Shown: positions 10,123 to 20,477 of the stretch, piece by piece | Layout: each line of letters starts with the position of its first letter | Position numbering within the stretch: the stretch's first letter is position 1 | Assembly: GCA_001824825.1 (NCBI GenBank) | Contig: MHTK01000006.1 | Location: forward strand, 57,051 to 121,050 | Direction: 5' to 3' | Origin: Candidatus Vogelbacteria bacterium RIFOXYD1_FULL_46_19 | Lineage (GTDB): Bacteria > Patescibacteriota > Minisyncoccia > Phycocordibacterales > XYD1-FULL-46-19 | DNA length: 64,000 nucleotides | The notes under the pieces: generated by a model | Databases searched by the model: none | Told to the model about the DNA's origin: nothing | The model's input: the letters and a program-made list of their open reading frames with translations, nothing else | Program-made: the position numbers and the translations under genes

Positions 10123-11451
10123 GTGAACGACGACCCTTCATTTCATAAAAAAAGTTTGAGAGAAATTTTACCAAAAGCCGGCGGTCGAGTAGCCCGACGG
10201 CAACCAACTTCTATGATGACCAGTAATACTAACGAAGAGATAGCTCCAGAAAATTCGTTTCCAGCGGATCGAGATCCGATTTTAGCCAAAAGGCGACGCC
10301 CGCGGATGCCCAAGTTTTTAGTCTGGGGAATTGGGCTAATTATTCTCATTATTGCCATTTTCGGTCTAAGTTCTTTCTTTTCGCAAGTAACTATTTTTGC
10401 TGTACCTAAACAAGCTCAAGTAAATATTAATGAGACCATTACCGCTTCTCTCTCCGCGGCAGAAAATGAGCTAGAATTTGGAACTTTCACCAAAACCCAG
10501 ACTGCCAGTGTAGCTGTGCCGGCTACCGGTAGTGAGCAAGTATCTCGTAAAGCCAGCGGCCAAATAACCATTTTCAATGATTTCAGCGATGAGCCTCAAC
10601 TCTTGATTGCTACCACCCGTTTTGAAACAGCCGACGCTAAAATTTACCGAATTAAGGACGCTGTCACCGTACCGGGACAAAAAATTGAAAATGGGCAAAC
10701 TGTGCCTGGTTCTATTACTACCACCGTGGTGGCCGACCAACCCGGTGAAAGCTATAATATTCCAGCGGCCACCTTTACGATTCCCGGTTTTGAAGGTTCT
10801 GCTCGCTACGACAAGTTTTCAGCCAAGTCCCAATCGGCCATGGCTGGCGGCTTTGTCGGTACTGTCCGCAGTGTGGCCGCCGCTGATCAAACTCGAGCCG
10901 AAACAGAATTGCGAACCAAACTTAATGTGGATAACCCGAATCCCGGCAACCTAGAAATTCCCAGCGGCCACATCTTATTTAACGATGCTTTATTTGCCAG
11001 CTTCGATTCAGTTGTGAAGCCTGAAACGACCGGCGAAGAAGTAGAAGTGGTTGGTACCTTAACATTTACCGGTATCTTGTTTGATAAGAATGAGCTGGCA
11101 GGCTATTTAGCCACCAAACACGTACCAGACTATAGTGGCGAGGCGGTAGAAATCACGAATGTAAAAAACCTAACCTTTACCCTGAAGGATAAAGCCGACA
11201 TCAATCCGGCAACGATTCAATCAATTGATTTTGACCTAGAGGGCTCCGCCCTCATGAGATGGCAAGTTGATGAAGAGGCTCTGAAGAGATCACTAGCCGG
11301 CTTTACTAAAAGCAACTTCCAACTGGCTATTGGAGATTTTCCTTCGATAGAAAGCGTTAAATTGAAGTTTATGCCCCCCTGGAATCGAACCATTCCGGAA
11401 GATACTGATAAGATAAAAGTGACCCTAATTGACAATCAAGTACAAGATTAG
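10123..11451 (+). CDS. hypothetical bitopic membrane protein (basic cytoplasmic N-terminus, one TM helix, about 360-aa extracytoplasmic domain)
   Basis: GTG start; TM segment FLVWGIGLIILIIAIFGL; the N-terminal SLREILPK faintly resembles the PilN INLLP motif. Confidence 0.45.
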   Translation: MNDDPSFHKKSLREILPKAGGRVARRQPTSMMTSNTNEEIAPENSFPADRDPILAKRRRPRMPKFLVWGIGLIILIIAIFGLSSFFSQVTIFAVPKQAQVNINETITASLSAAENELEFGTFTKTQTASVAVPATGSEQVSRKASGQITIFNDFSDEPQLLIATTRFETADAKIYRIKDAVTVPGQKIENGQTVPGSITTTVVADQPGESYNIPAATFTIPGFEGSARYDKFSAKSQSAMAGGFVGTVRSVAAADQTRAETELRTKLNVDNPNPGNLEIPSGHILFNDALFASFDSVVKPETTGEEVEVVGTLTFTGILFDKNELAGYLATKHVPDYSGEAVEITNVKNLTFTLKDKADINPATIQSIDFDLEGSALMRWQVDEEALKRSLAGFTKSNFQLAIGDFPSIESVKLKFMPPWNRTIPEDTDKIKVTLIDNQVQD

Positions 11452-11518
11452 CTTTTTCCCCTGGAAGAACTTGACTTAAAGTCTTATTATCTGCTAATAT
11501 ACATCGGGTACAATTATA

Positions 11519-11755
11519 ATGCATAGAAATAAAGAAAGTACCCCCCAAAACCGAGGGGATGACCAGGTGGTCCCCGGCATTGTCCTTGAAGCTTTACCTA
11601 ATACCCACTTTAAAGTACAGGTGGGGAATGAGGTGTTACTGGCTTATTTATCAGGGAAAATGCGTCTCCACCGTATTAGAGTGTTAGTAGGAGACAAGGT
11701 AGAAGTACTACTAGATTCTTATGGTGGTAAGGGACGAATCATCAAAAGAACCTAA
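11519..11755 (+). CDS. infA: translation initiation factor IF-1
   Basis: The S1-like motif GIVLEALPNTHFKV...GKMR..RIRVLVGDKV is typical of IF-1. Confidence 0.85.
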   Translation: MHRNKESTPQNRGDDQVVPGIVLEALPNTHFKVQVGNEVLLAYLSGKMRLHRIRVLVGDKVEVLLDSYGGKGRIIKRT

Positions 11756-11863
11756 GTCACCTACGATAGCAGTGGCCAGACTTAAGCTAAAATTTAAGTC
11801 GTAGAGTCCCGTTAATTTTTATTAAAGAATTTTTTCTAAGTCCTTAATCCAGCCGACAAAGCT

Positions 11864-11980
11864 ATGAAAGTGCGGTCCACAATCAAACCCCGCTGTCCTC
11901 AGTGTAAAATGGTTAAGCGCCGCGGTCACTTGTACATTATTTGCAAGAACAAGCCGAGACATAAACAAAAGCAGGCTTAA
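11864..11980 (+). CDS. rpmJ: 50S ribosomal protein L36
   Basis: 38-aa ORF not in the supplied track: MKVRSTIKPRCPQCKMVKRRGHLYIICKNKPRHKQKQA with the C..C....H zinc ribbon. Confidence 0.8.
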   Translation: MKVRSTIKPRCPQCKMVKRRGHLYIICKNKPRHKQKQA

Positions 11981-11996
11981 CGACTATATATTTATT

Positions 11997-12377
11997 ATGT
12001 TACGAATCGCGGGTATTAATATTCCAGAAGACAAACGCTTAGAAATCGGCTTAACGGCCATATTTGGAGTGGGACGACCCCAAGCTCACCAAATTTTAAC
12101 CGAATCAAAAGTTGATTTTGGAAAAAAACCCAAGGATTTATCGGCCACCGAGGAAAACGCCATTCGCAAAGCGGTGGAAGAACGAAAAATTGAAGGGGAC
12201 TTAAAGCGCGAGATCAGCCAAAACATCAAACGATTGAAGGACATTAAAAGTTACAGTGGTAGTCGTCATAGTCTAGGTCTACCGGTTAGAGGCCAGCGTA
12301 CCAAGACCAATGCTCGCACCAGAAAAGGCCCAAAGAAAACCATGGGCTCGGGTAAGAAGAAGGTAGACAAGAAGTAA
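11997..12377 (+). CDS. rpsM: 30S ribosomal protein S13
   Basis: MLRIAGINIP...LPVRGQRTKTNARTRKG. Confidence 0.9.
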   Translation: MLRIAGINIPEDKRLEIGLTAIFGVGRPQAHQILTESKVDFGKKPKDLSATEENAIRKAVEERKIEGDLKREISQNIKRLKDIKSYSGSRHSLGLPVRGQRTKTNARTRKGPKKTMGSGKKKVDKK

Positions 12378-12412
12378 TAAATTTTTAAGGAACTATGTGA
12401 TTATAAAAATCT

Positions 12413-12519
12413 CTACCCCGCTCTGCTCCGTTTCTGCCAGTAGGTAGACCCTTTAAAAGGTAAAAGCCAATACTAGTCAGGAGAGCGATAGGCGTCGGCA
12501 ACGGAGCAGAGCGGGGTAG
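12413..12519. repeat. perfect 20-bp inverted repeat (arms 12413-12432 and 12500-12519) around a 67-nt spacer, in the rpsM-rpsK intergenic region
   Basis: ctaccccgctctgctccgtt is the exact reverse complement of aacggagcagagcggggtag. Confidence 0.75.
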
Positions 12520-12554
12520 GGTAAACATTTTCATCGCATACATTATTTTCAATC

Positions 12555-12989
12555 ATGGGAAAAAAACGCATAATTAAGAAATCAGGACACGAAGTGGGAG
12601 CTGGGGCTAAAGCTCGAGCCCTTGGACGTGCTCCGAAGAAAAAAATTGACCGTGGCATTCTTCATGTCCGAGCTACTTACAATAATACCGCCTTACTCCT
12701 AACTGATAGTGCCGGTAATGCTGTTTTGTCATCTTCCAGTGGAGCCTTAGGGTTTAAAGGGTCAAAAAAGGGTACGCCCTATGCCGCTGGTAAAGTGGCC
12801 GAACTTTTAGCAGAAAAAGCTCAGAGTTTTGGCTTAAAAGAAGTGGATGTGATCGTTAAAGGGGTGGGTTCCGGTCGCGAATCATCGGTTCGATCCTTTA
12901 TTACCAAAGGTATTAATATTTCATCAATCAGAGACAAAACCCCGGTTCCCTTTGGTGGTCCAAAACCGAAGAAACCTCGTCGCGTTTAA
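12555..12989 (+). CDS. rpsK: 30S ribosomal protein S11
   Basis: HVRATYNNT.L.LTD..GN......G..GFKGS.K.TPYAA and a C-terminal PKKPRRV. Confidence 0.9.
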   Translation: MGKKRIIKKSGHEVGAGAKARALGRAPKKKIDRGILHVRATYNNTALLLTDSAGNAVLSSSSGALGFKGSKKGTPYAAGKVAELLAEKAQSFGLKEVDVIVKGVGSGRESSVRSFITKGINISSIRDKTPVPFGGPKPKKPRRV

Positions 12990-13011
12990 GCACTTAATTA
13001 ATTTTTTTATT

Positions 13012-13632
13012 ATGGGTATTCGTATTGGTCCAAAATACAAGATCGCTAGACGTCTACAGGAAAAAATCTTTCCGAAGACTCAGACTACCAAATTTGCCAT
13101 TGCCGGCAGCGAAACCAGAAAACCTGGCGGTAATAGACGACGCAATATTAGTGAATACGGTCGACAATTGATGGAGAAGCAAAAGGCAAAATATACCTAC
13201 GGGGTGGCTGAACGACAGTTTCTTGGCTATATCAAAAAAGTACGAGCTATGAAAAACGTCAACGTCTCGGAAGAAATATTTAAGCTTCTAGAAACACGTT
13301 TAGATAATGTAGTTTTTCGATTAGGCTTAGTACACTCGCGAATGTTTGCCAGGCAGGTGGTATCACATGGACACATTTTAGTCAATGGTAAACGAGTGAC
13401 TGTTCCATCCTACACCGTTAGACCGGGGGATAAGATTACTGTCCGACCACAGAGTCAAACCAAAGGAATGTTTACGTCTTTAGCAGAAAGGTTGAAAGGT
13501 TATAGCACCCCGACTTGGTTAGTTTTTGACGAAGACAAAATGACCGGTGAAGTGAAAACCGCTCCGACTTATGGCGAAACCGAATCTAATCTCAATTTTG
13601 CCTTGATTTTAGAATATTATAGTCGAGTCTAA
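13012..13632 (+). CDS. rpsD: 30S ribosomal protein S4 (start taken at the internal ATG, MGIRIGPKYK)
   Basis: The N-terminal GPK.K..RR motif and the S4 domain LE.RLDNVVFRLG. Confidence 0.9.
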   Translation: MGIRIGPKYKIARRLQEKIFPKTQTTKFAIAGSETRKPGGNRRRNISEYGRQLMEKQKAKYTYGVAERQFLGYIKKVRAMKNVNVSEEIFKLLETRLDNVVFRLGLVHSRMFARQVVSHGHILVNGKRVTVPSYTVRPGDKITVRPQSQTKGMFTSLAERLKGYSTPTWLVFDEDKMTGEVKTAPTYGETESNLNFALILEYYSRV

Positions 13633-13661
13633 TAATTAATTATTAACCCTAGCCGCTTCAT

Positions 13662-14654
13662 ATGCCTGATTTTAATATAATTTTACCTTCGAAACCGATG
13701 GTGGTCCGTGAGGAGGACAATACCGGAGTTTACGAGATCGAGGGGCTGTACCCTGGGTATGGTCACACTCTAGGCAATTCGCTACGACGAATAATTTTGT
13801 CGTCTCTTCCCGGTTACGCCATTACCGCCGTTAAAATTGACGGAGTCAACCATGAGTTCTCCACTATTAGTGGAGTTAAAGAAGATGTCATTAACATTAT
13901 CTTAAACCTAAAAAAGATTCGTTTTAAGGTGGTAAGCGATGAAGCGAAAACTGTGAACTTAAATATCACCGGCGTTAAAGACATCACCGCCGGCGATATT
14001 GATACCGGTGGCGATATTGAAGTAGTAACCCCAAATCAACCTATTGCCTCCATTACTAACAAGGGTACGACCCTTAAAATGGAGATCACCCTGGAAAAAG
14101 GCCTGGGTTACGTACCAAAAGAAGTTCTTCAAAAAGATAAGGTAGACGTAGGCGTAATTGCCCTCGATGCTATATTTACCCCGATTCGGCGCGTAAGCTA
14201 TGAGGTGGATCAAATGCGCGTAGGTAATCGCACTGACTACAACCGACTACGTATCACCATCGAAACTAATGGTGATATCACGCCTCGAGAAGCGATCGAG
14301 CAATCCATAGCTATTATGATCAATCAGCTAAAAGCCATTGTGGGCTTTAAGGAAGAAGCTGAAAATTTTACGTCTTCAGCCACCACCGACCAAGAAGATA
14401 GAGCCCAAGCGGAAAAGGAAATGGCTGGAGTTGGTACTGAAGAACCGGAGGAGGAAGATATTTTAAAAACTCGGGTAGAGGACCTAAACCTATCCGCTCG
14501 GACCCAAAAGTCCCTGGCCGGAGCCGGTATCCGAACTGTCGGAGGCTTGATCCGCAAGAAAGAAAATGATTTACTTAGCGTCGATGGTCTGGGTGAGAAG
14601 GGGTTACAAGAGATCAAGCGAGCCTTAAGTAATTTTGGTATTATTCTTAAATAA
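13662..14654 (+). CDS. rpoA: DNA-directed RNA polymerase subunit alpha
   Basis: The N-terminal dimerisation domain GHTLGNSLRRILLSSL and a C-terminal helix-hairpin-helix domain. Confidence 0.9.
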   Translation: MPDFNIILPSKPMVVREEDNTGVYEIEGLYPGYGHTLGNSLRRIILSSLPGYAITAVKIDGVNHEFSTISGVKEDVINIILNLKKIRFKVVSDEAKTVNLNITGVKDITAGDIDTGGDIEVVTPNQPIASITNKGTTLKMEITLEKGLGYVPKEVLQKDKVDVGVIALDAIFTPIRRVSYEVDQMRVGNRTDYNRLRITIETNGDITPREAIEQSIAIMINQLKAIVGFKEEAENFTSSATTDQEDRAQAEKEMAGVGTEEPEEEDILKTRVEDLNLSARTQKSLAGAGIRTVGGLIRKKENDLLSVDGLGEKGLQEIKRALSNFGIILK

Positions 14655-14657
14655 ATA

Positions 14658-15008
14658 ATGAAACATCACGGTCAAACAAGTAAACTGGGACGAGAGACAG
14701 GCGTACGCCTAGCTCTTTTGCGGTCCCTGGCTAACAATTTGATCACTTACGGCCGGATTGAAACTACCGAAGCTAAGGCTAAGGCTTTGCGACCGTTTAT
14801 CGAGCGAGTAGTTACTATAGCTAAAACCGATAGCCTAGCTGCCAAGCGACTGGTCTTTAAGCGGCTGGGTAGTGGAGCCAAAGCTAATAAGTTGTTTAAA
14901 GAAATCGCTCCCCGCTATACCGATCGACCAGGTGGCTACACTAGAATTATTAAAAAAGCCCCTCGTTTGGGCGACGGTAGTCGCCAGGCCTTTATTGAAT
15001 TTGTTTAA
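14658..15008 (+). CDS. rplQ: 50S ribosomal protein L17
   Basis: MKHHGQTSKLGRETGVRLALLRSLA..L...RIETT.AKAK.LRP. Confidence 0.9.
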   Translation: MKHHGQTSKLGRETGVRLALLRSLANNLITYGRIETTEAKAKALRPFIERVVTIAKTDSLAAKRLVFKRLGSGAKANKLFKEIAPRYTDRPGGYTRIIKKAPRLGDGSRQAFIEFV

Positions 15009-15027
15009 TCAGCCAGACTACTTTTTT

Positions 15028-15372
15028 ATGGAACACATTATTGACGCCAGTGGACAATCTTTAGGACGATTAGCTAGCCAAGTGGCTGTTTTGTTGCGTG
15101 GCAAGGATCAAGCTGTTTTCTTGAACCACACCCGCCCAACAGCTAAAGTTAAGGTCACTAATGTGAGCCAAATTTTAATCACCGGCAACAAACGAGATGG
15201 CAAAGTCTACACCAGACACAGTGGTCAGCCGGGCGGTTTAAAAACAGAAACTTTAAGCGAAGTTATCAACAAAAAGGGGATGGCCGAAGCTTTAAAACGA
15301 GCTATTTATGGAATGTTGCCAGCCAACAAGCTTCGATCCGTAATGATGAATAATTTGACTATTTCCGAATAA
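15028..15372 (+). CDS. rplM: 50S ribosomal protein L13 (start taken at the internal ATG, MEHIIDASGQ)
   Basis: IDA.GQ.LGRLAS.VA..LRGK... Confidence 0.85.
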   Translation: MEHIIDASGQSLGRLASQVAVLLRGKDQAVFLNHTRPTAKVKVTNVSQILITGNKRDGKVYTRHSGQPGGLKTETLSEVINKKGMAEALKRAIYGMLPANKLRSVMMNNLTISE

Positions 15373-15376
15373 ACAT

Positions 15377-15787
15377 ATGACAGCTGAAACTAAAAACAAA
15401 AATCCATACACCGAAGCGGTCGGACGTCGTAAAACCTCCGTCGCTCGAGTGAGAGTAACTCCAGCTACTAAAACTTCTTTCACTATTAACAAACGATCTC
15501 TGGAAGATTATTTCCCAGTTAAAGAACTACGTGATATTGTAAAAAAGCCATTAGAAAACGCGGCCGCGGATCATTTTGAAATTAGCGTAGTAGCGAAAGG
15601 TGGCGGTATCCACTCCCAGGCAGAAAGCGTAGCTTTAGGTCTGGCACGGGTGCTGATTGCTATCAATCCGGAGCACCGTTTACCACTTAAGCGAGCCGGT
15701 AGCCTGACGCGTGACCCTCGAGCTAAGGAACGTCGTAAATTTGGTTTGAAAAAAGCCCGCAAAGCTCCTCAGTGGTCTAAGCGCTAG
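15377..15787 (+). CDS. rpsI: 30S ribosomal protein S9
   Basis: GRRKTSVARV and a C-terminal ...RDPRAKERRKFGLKKARKAPQWSKR. Confidence 0.9.
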   Translation: MTAETKNKNPYTEAVGRRKTSVARVRVTPATKTSFTINKRSLEDYFPVKELRDIVKKPLENAAADHFEISVVAKGGGIHSQAESVALGLARVLIAINPEHRLPLKRAGSLTRDPRAKERRKFGLKKARKAPQWSKR

Positions 15788-15927
15788 GGCCACCAAATCT
15801 CTTCTTTCTGTCTGATACCTCAAAGATCCTTGATTCTTGATATGGATTTTGGTGGACTAAACGGTTTAAATTTACAACCAAAAGGACTTCTTGACGCTCA
15901 TTACAAATAAACGTAAGATAGTAAAAT

Positions 15928-16590
15928 ATGAATAATCACAACAACTATCCCTCTCGCCCCTCGGAGGTAAATCAGGGCCAAAACCGAAGTATTAATAATA
16001 ACGAAAGTAACAATAAAGACTGGACAACTATAGTCACCACGGCTGTCATTGGTATTATTATCGGCTTTGCCCTTGGCTATTTTGTGTTTGCCAACCAAAC
16101 TCTGGCCCCGATTAGTGAACTGGTAAATACTGAAGTCACTGACAGTGAAGAAACAAGCCCTGAGGAGACGGTAGACCTCGAGGCAGGTAGCTCGGCCACC
16201 CTGCCTAAAATTCCAACTCCAACTGGAACCATGTCTGTGAAGGTAGAAAATCAACTACCCGGCCAACGAGTAGTCCTAGAGACACTGAGCCTGTCCGAAC
16301 CAGCTTGGGTGGTAACCTTTACTAGTACGGAAGATAACAGTCGTCCTTTGCGTATTATTGGAGCTCAATATTTTGAGGCTGGAACCTACACCGGCGTGAG
16401 TGCTTATATTGGCGAAGGTATTACAGCTGGCGACACCTATTTCGTCGCTTTGTATAAAGACGACGGAGTCACTTCCGGCAGTACCCCTGGTGGCCATGTC
16501 TTTAACCATGTGACCGATCGACCTTATGTTGTCGATGGCAACTGGATTATGGATTCCTTTACCGCTCTATCCGCTGGCGCTCGCGGTTAG
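15928..16590 (+). CDS. hypothetical membrane-anchored protein (Asn-rich N-terminus, one TM helix, extracytoplasmic domain)
   Basis: ORF with a TM helix; a sigma70-like promoter lies upstream (TTGACG-17-TAAGAT). Confidence 0.5.
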   Translation: MNNHNNYPSRPSEVNQGQNRSINNNESNNKDWTTIVTTAVIGIIIGFALGYFVFANQTLAPISELVNTEVTDSEETSPEETVDLEAGSSATLPKIPTPTGTMSVKVENQLPGQRVVLETLSLSEPAWVVTFTSTEDNSRPLRIIGAQYFEAGTYTGVSAYIGEGITAGDTYFVALYKDDGVTSGSTPGGHVFNHVTDRPYVVDGNWIMDSFTALSAGARG

Positions 16591-16665
16591 AAAACTCTAA
16601 ATTATCGCTTGGAATTGTAGCTATAGTTTAAAACTATAATTGTAAGCTTTACAATTTTTTTGCCT

Positions 16666-17259
16666 ATGAAAAAACCAGACCACCAGCCTAAAAACGAAGA
16701 CATCGAAGTGGATGAAGATTTTGTCTTTGAAGCTGATCTGGATGTCGGCTCTAACAAGGGAACCGATAGCGAAACAAAAGTCCAAGAGCTTAAACAGAAA
16801 TTGAAAGATTGCCAAGCTGTCAAACAAGAATACTTGGATGGCTGGCAAAGATCCCAGGCTGATTACATCAACTTAAAACAAGAAGGCGACCGACAAAGGG
16901 TTAAACAAAGAGAGTTAGGTAAGGCTAGTTTACTAGAAGATCTAATACCGCTCGCCGATAGTTTTGAGCTCGCGATGGGCAACGAAGCTGCCTGGCAAGC
17001 CGTATCAACCAACTGGCGCCTCGGCGTTGAATACATTTACCGGGAATTACAGTCAATCTTGAGTAAAAACGGAGTGAGTGAGATATTCCCCTTAAATCAG
17101 CGTTTCAACCCCGAGGAGCACGAATCAATAGCTACTGTGGAAGTCGACGAGTGCACGGCCGATGGTTTAGTCATAGCCGTAGTCAAGAAAGGCTATAAGT
17201 TAGGCTCTACCATCCTCCGACCGGCCCAGGTGAAAGTTGGAGTCTATCGACAAAAATAA
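16666..17259 (+). CDS. grpE: nucleotide exchange factor GrpE (ATG at 16666; the track's TTG at 16660 is less likely)
   Basis: Coiled-coil N-terminus, the GrpE core LLEDLIPLADSFELA and a C-terminal beta domain. Confidence 0.85.
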   Translation: MKKPDHQPKNEDIEVDEDFVFEADLDVGSNKGTDSETKVQELKQKLKDCQAVKQEYLDGWQRSQADYINLKQEGDRQRVKQRELGKASLLEDLIPLADSFELAMGNEAAWQAVSTNWRLGVEYIYRELQSILSKNGVSEIFPLNQRFNPEEHESIATVEVDECTADGLVIAVVKKGYKLGSTILRPAQVKVGVYRQK

Positions 17260-17317
17260 GTGTCTAGGTGTATCATCAACACATCATTAAACATTTTAAA
17301 ATTTTATAATAAACGCT

Positions 17318-19234
17318 ATGGCAAAAATACTTGGAATTGACTTGGGTACCACCAACTCCGCAATGGCGTATGTGGAAGGTGGGCAACCAAAAATTATTGA
17401 AAACAGTGAAGGAGGCCGCACCACCGCCTCTATTATTGCCGTTTCTAAAGCTGGCGAACGCCTAGTGGGCCTCCTGGCCAAACGCCAAGCTATTACCAAC
17501 CCTCAAAACACTATTTATGGGGTTAAGCGCTTGATGGGACATAAGTTTGAGGACCCCCATGTTCAAAAAGACAAGGACTTAGTGTCTTACAAAATCGAAA
17601 AATCTGATGCTGACGGGGTGTTGGTCACCATGGGTGATAAAAAGTATCGCCCGGAAGAGATTTCGGCGATGATTTTGTCAAAGTTAAAACGTGATGCCGA
17701 AGCTCAACTAGGTGAAAAAATTGAAGAAGCCGTCATTACCGTCCCGGCTTACTTCGACGACTCCCAACGCAAGGCCACTAAAGACGCCGGTGAAATTGCC
17801 GGCTTTAAAGTTCGTCGCATTATTAATGAACCAACCGCAGCCGCCCTGGCTTACGGCTTGAACAAAAAGAAAAATGAACAAGTGGTCGTTTACGACTTCG
17901 GTGGTGGTACCTTTGACGTTTCCGTTTTAGATATTTCCGGTGAAGACGGTGAACAAAGTATTGAAGTAAAATCAACCGATGGGGACTCACATATGGGCGG
18001 GGAGGATATTGACCAGGAAATTATCCAGTGGCTCTTAGCTGAATTTAAAAAAGAGACCGGCTTAGATATTTCCAAAGACCAACTAGCCCTGCAGCGCCTT
18101 AAAGAAGCCGCTGAAAAGGCGAAGCATGAATTATCAGTAGCAGTAGAATCGGAAATTAATATTCCATTTATTACTTCAGACTCCAGTGGCCCTCAGCATA
18201 TGGTCAAGAAAATGACCAGAGCTAAACTGGAAGAATTGGCCGACTCTTATGTGTCTCGCTCGATTGATATTACGAGGCGCGCCGTCGAAGCTTCCGGCCA
18301 CCAGCTCGCTGACATTGATGAAATTATTTTGGTTGGCGGTCAAACCAGGATGCCCGGCATTCAAGAAGCAGTTAAGAAACTATTTGGCAAAGAACCCAAC
18401 CGGTCTATTAACCCAGATGAAGTAGTGGCTATTGGAGCGGCCGTTCAGGCGGGAATTTTCCAAGGCGATGTTAAAGATATTCTACTCTTAGACGTTACCC
18501 CTTTGTCTTTAGGAATCGAAACCTTGGGTGGGGTGGCGACCAAACTGATTGAAAGAAATACCACTATCCCGACATCTAAAAGCCAAGTCTTTTCCACCGC
18601 GGCTGATAATCAAACCTCGGTGGAAGTCCATGTGGTGCAAGGCGAGCGAGAAATGGCAACTGACAATAAAAGCTTGGGACGCTTTATCTTAGACGGCATT
18701 CCACCGTCACCGCGCGGACTACCGCAAGTGGAAGTGTCTTTCGACATCGACGCTAACGGCATTTTGTCAGTTAAGGCTAAAGATAAAACTTCCGGCAAAG
18801 AACAGTCTATTCGCATTGAAGCCCAGTCCTCGTTATCCAAAGAAGACATTGAAAAAATGAAAGCTGAAGCGGAAGCTCACGCGGAAGAGGATAAGAAAAA
18901 ACGAGAACTAGTAGATGTCCGTAACACGGCCGACCAGCTGGTTTACACCACCGGTAAAGCTTTAACTGATGCTGGTGACAAAGTTCCGGCTGAGGTTAAG
19001 ACCACCGTGGAAGAAAAAATCAAGGCTTTACAAGGGGTAAAAGACCAGGACGATCTAGAGGCCATCAAAACCGCCACCAGCGCCTTATCCACCGAAATGA
19101 CTAAAATCGGCGAAGCTATGAGTAAAGCCACACCTGAATCACAAGCTGAAGTTAAACCGGAAAACGGCACCCCAGAGGGAAACGTGCGTGAGGCGGAGGA
19201 GGAAAAAGGGGAAGGTAGTAAGGAAGACAAGTAA
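17318..19234 (+). CDS. dnaK: molecular chaperone DnaK (Hsp70)
   Basis: [18 protein letters not shown] and the full Hsp70 architecture. Confidence 0.95.
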   Translation: MAKILGIDLGTTNSAMAYVEGGQPKIIENSEGGRTTASIIAVSKAGERLVGLLAKRQAITNPQNTIYGVKRLMGHKFEDPHVQKDKDLVSYKIEKSDADGVLVTMGDKKYRPEEISAMILSKLKRDAEAQLGEKIEEAVITVPAYFDDSQRKATKDAGEIAGFKVRRIINEPTAAALAYGLNKKKNEQVVVYDFGGGTFDVSVLDISGEDGEQSIEVKSTDGDSHMGGEDIDQEIIQWLLAEFKKETGLDISKDQLALQRLKEAAEKAKHELSVAVESEINIPFITSDSSGPQHMVKKMTRAKLEELADSYVSRSIDITRRAVEASGHQLADIDEIILVGGQTRMPGIQEAVKKLFGKEPNRSINPDEVVAIGAAVQAGIFQGDVKDILLLDVTPLSLGIETLGGVATKLIERNTTIPTSKSQVFSTAADNQTSVEVHVVQGEREMATDNKSLGRFILDGIPPSPRGLPQVEVSFDIDANGILSVKAKDKTSGKEQSIRIEAQSSLSKEDIEKMKAEAEAHAEEDKKKRELVDVRNTADQLVYTTGKALTDAGDKVPAEVKTTVEEKIKALQGVKDQDDLEAIKTATSALSTEMTKIGEAMSKATPESQAEVKPENGTPEGNVREAEEEKGEGSKEDK

Positions 19235-19322
19235 TTGTATGACCCCACCCTTTGTTTCAATTAGAAACCAAGGACGGGGTGTAATAAATTATAGTCGCCC
19301 GCTGTCTCCTTAATTTAAAAAT

Positions 19323-20396
19323 ATGTCCAAAGACTACTACAACATTCTAGGGGTTGATAAAAAAGCTTCGACAGAAGATATCAAGCGGCAGTTTCGTAAA
19401 CTAGCCCACAAATATCACCCCGACAAATCCGGGGGGGACGAAGCCAAATTCAAAGAAATTAACGAAGCCTACCAAGTGTTATCCGACGACAAAAAACGCT
19501 CGGAATACGATATGTACGGCAATGTCTTTTCCGGCGGCCAACGTCCCGGGGGTGGCTTTGGTGGTTTCGGCAACGAGGGTTTTGACTTTTCCGGCGCCGG
19601 TGGGGGGCAGGGCTTTGAGTTTGACCTAGGTGATATTTTTGGTGACATTTTCGGTAGTGGCGGACGCACTAAACGGGGTCGCGATATTTCAGTGGATATT
19701 GAAATCAGTTTTGAAGAATCTATTTTTGGCACCGATCGCAAACTCCTGATCAATAAAGTTGGGGCTTGCGATACTTGCCAGGGCAAAGGCGCCGAGCCGG
19801 GTTCTAAACTTAAAACTTGTACCGTTTGTAACGGCAAGGGGAAAATTAGAGAAACCCGTCGCTCTTTCATCGGCTCAGTGGTGGTAAATTCCGTCTGCCA
19901 TACCTGCCACGGCAAGGGTGAGATCCCCGAAAAAGCCTGTACCACTTGTAGTGGCTTGGGTGTACTGAAGAAAAACGAAGAAATCAAAATTAAAGTTCCA
20001 CCCGGTATTGAGTCGGGCGAAATGATTCGTTTTTCTGGTAAGGGTGAAGCTATTCCAGATGGCCAGGCCGGTGACCTTTATGTGAAAATCCGCGTGGAGC
20101 CTCATAAGTTTTGGAAACGAGACGGTAGCGACCTGAAGATGGATCTAAATATTAAATTAACTGATGCTCTACTTGGTTCCAGCTACACGATTAAGACTTT
20201 AGAGGGGGATGATCTCAAGCTAAAAATCCCGGCGGGAATTTCTTTTGGGGAGGTCTTGCGGGTTAAAGACAAAGGGGTACCGATTGATAGTAAACGCCGG
20301 GGCCATCTCCTGATTCGCATCATCATCAACACCCCGCAAAAACTCAATAAAAAAGCCCAAAAACTGGTGGAAGAACTACGCGAAGAGGGGGTTTAG
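19323..20396 (+). CDS. dnaJ: molecular chaperone DnaJ
   Basis: J-domain with HPD, a Gly/Phe-rich region and four CxxCxGxG zinc-finger repeats. Confidence 0.95.
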   Translation: MSKDYYNILGVDKKASTEDIKRQFRKLAHKYHPDKSGGDEAKFKEINEAYQVLSDDKKRSEYDMYGNVFSGGQRPGGGFGGFGNEGFDFSGAGGGQGFEFDLGDIFGDIFGSGGRTKRGRDISVDIEISFEESIFGTDRKLLINKVGACDTCQGKGAEPGSKLKTCTVCNGKGKIRETRRSFIGSVVVNSVCHTCHGKGEIPEKACTTCSGLGVLKKNEEIKIKVPPGIESGEMIRFSGKGEAIPDGQAGDLYVKIRVEPHKFWKRDGSDLKMDLNIKLTDALLGSSYTIKTLEGDDLKLKIPAGISFGEVLRVKDKGVPIDSKRRGHLLIRIIINTPQKLNKKAQKLVEELREEGV

Positions 20397-20477
20397 AGGT
20401 ACCCTTTACAATTCTTCTACTTTATGCTATTATATTAGATAGTTGCCCCAGTTTTAGGAAAACGAAAGGAGGTCTTT

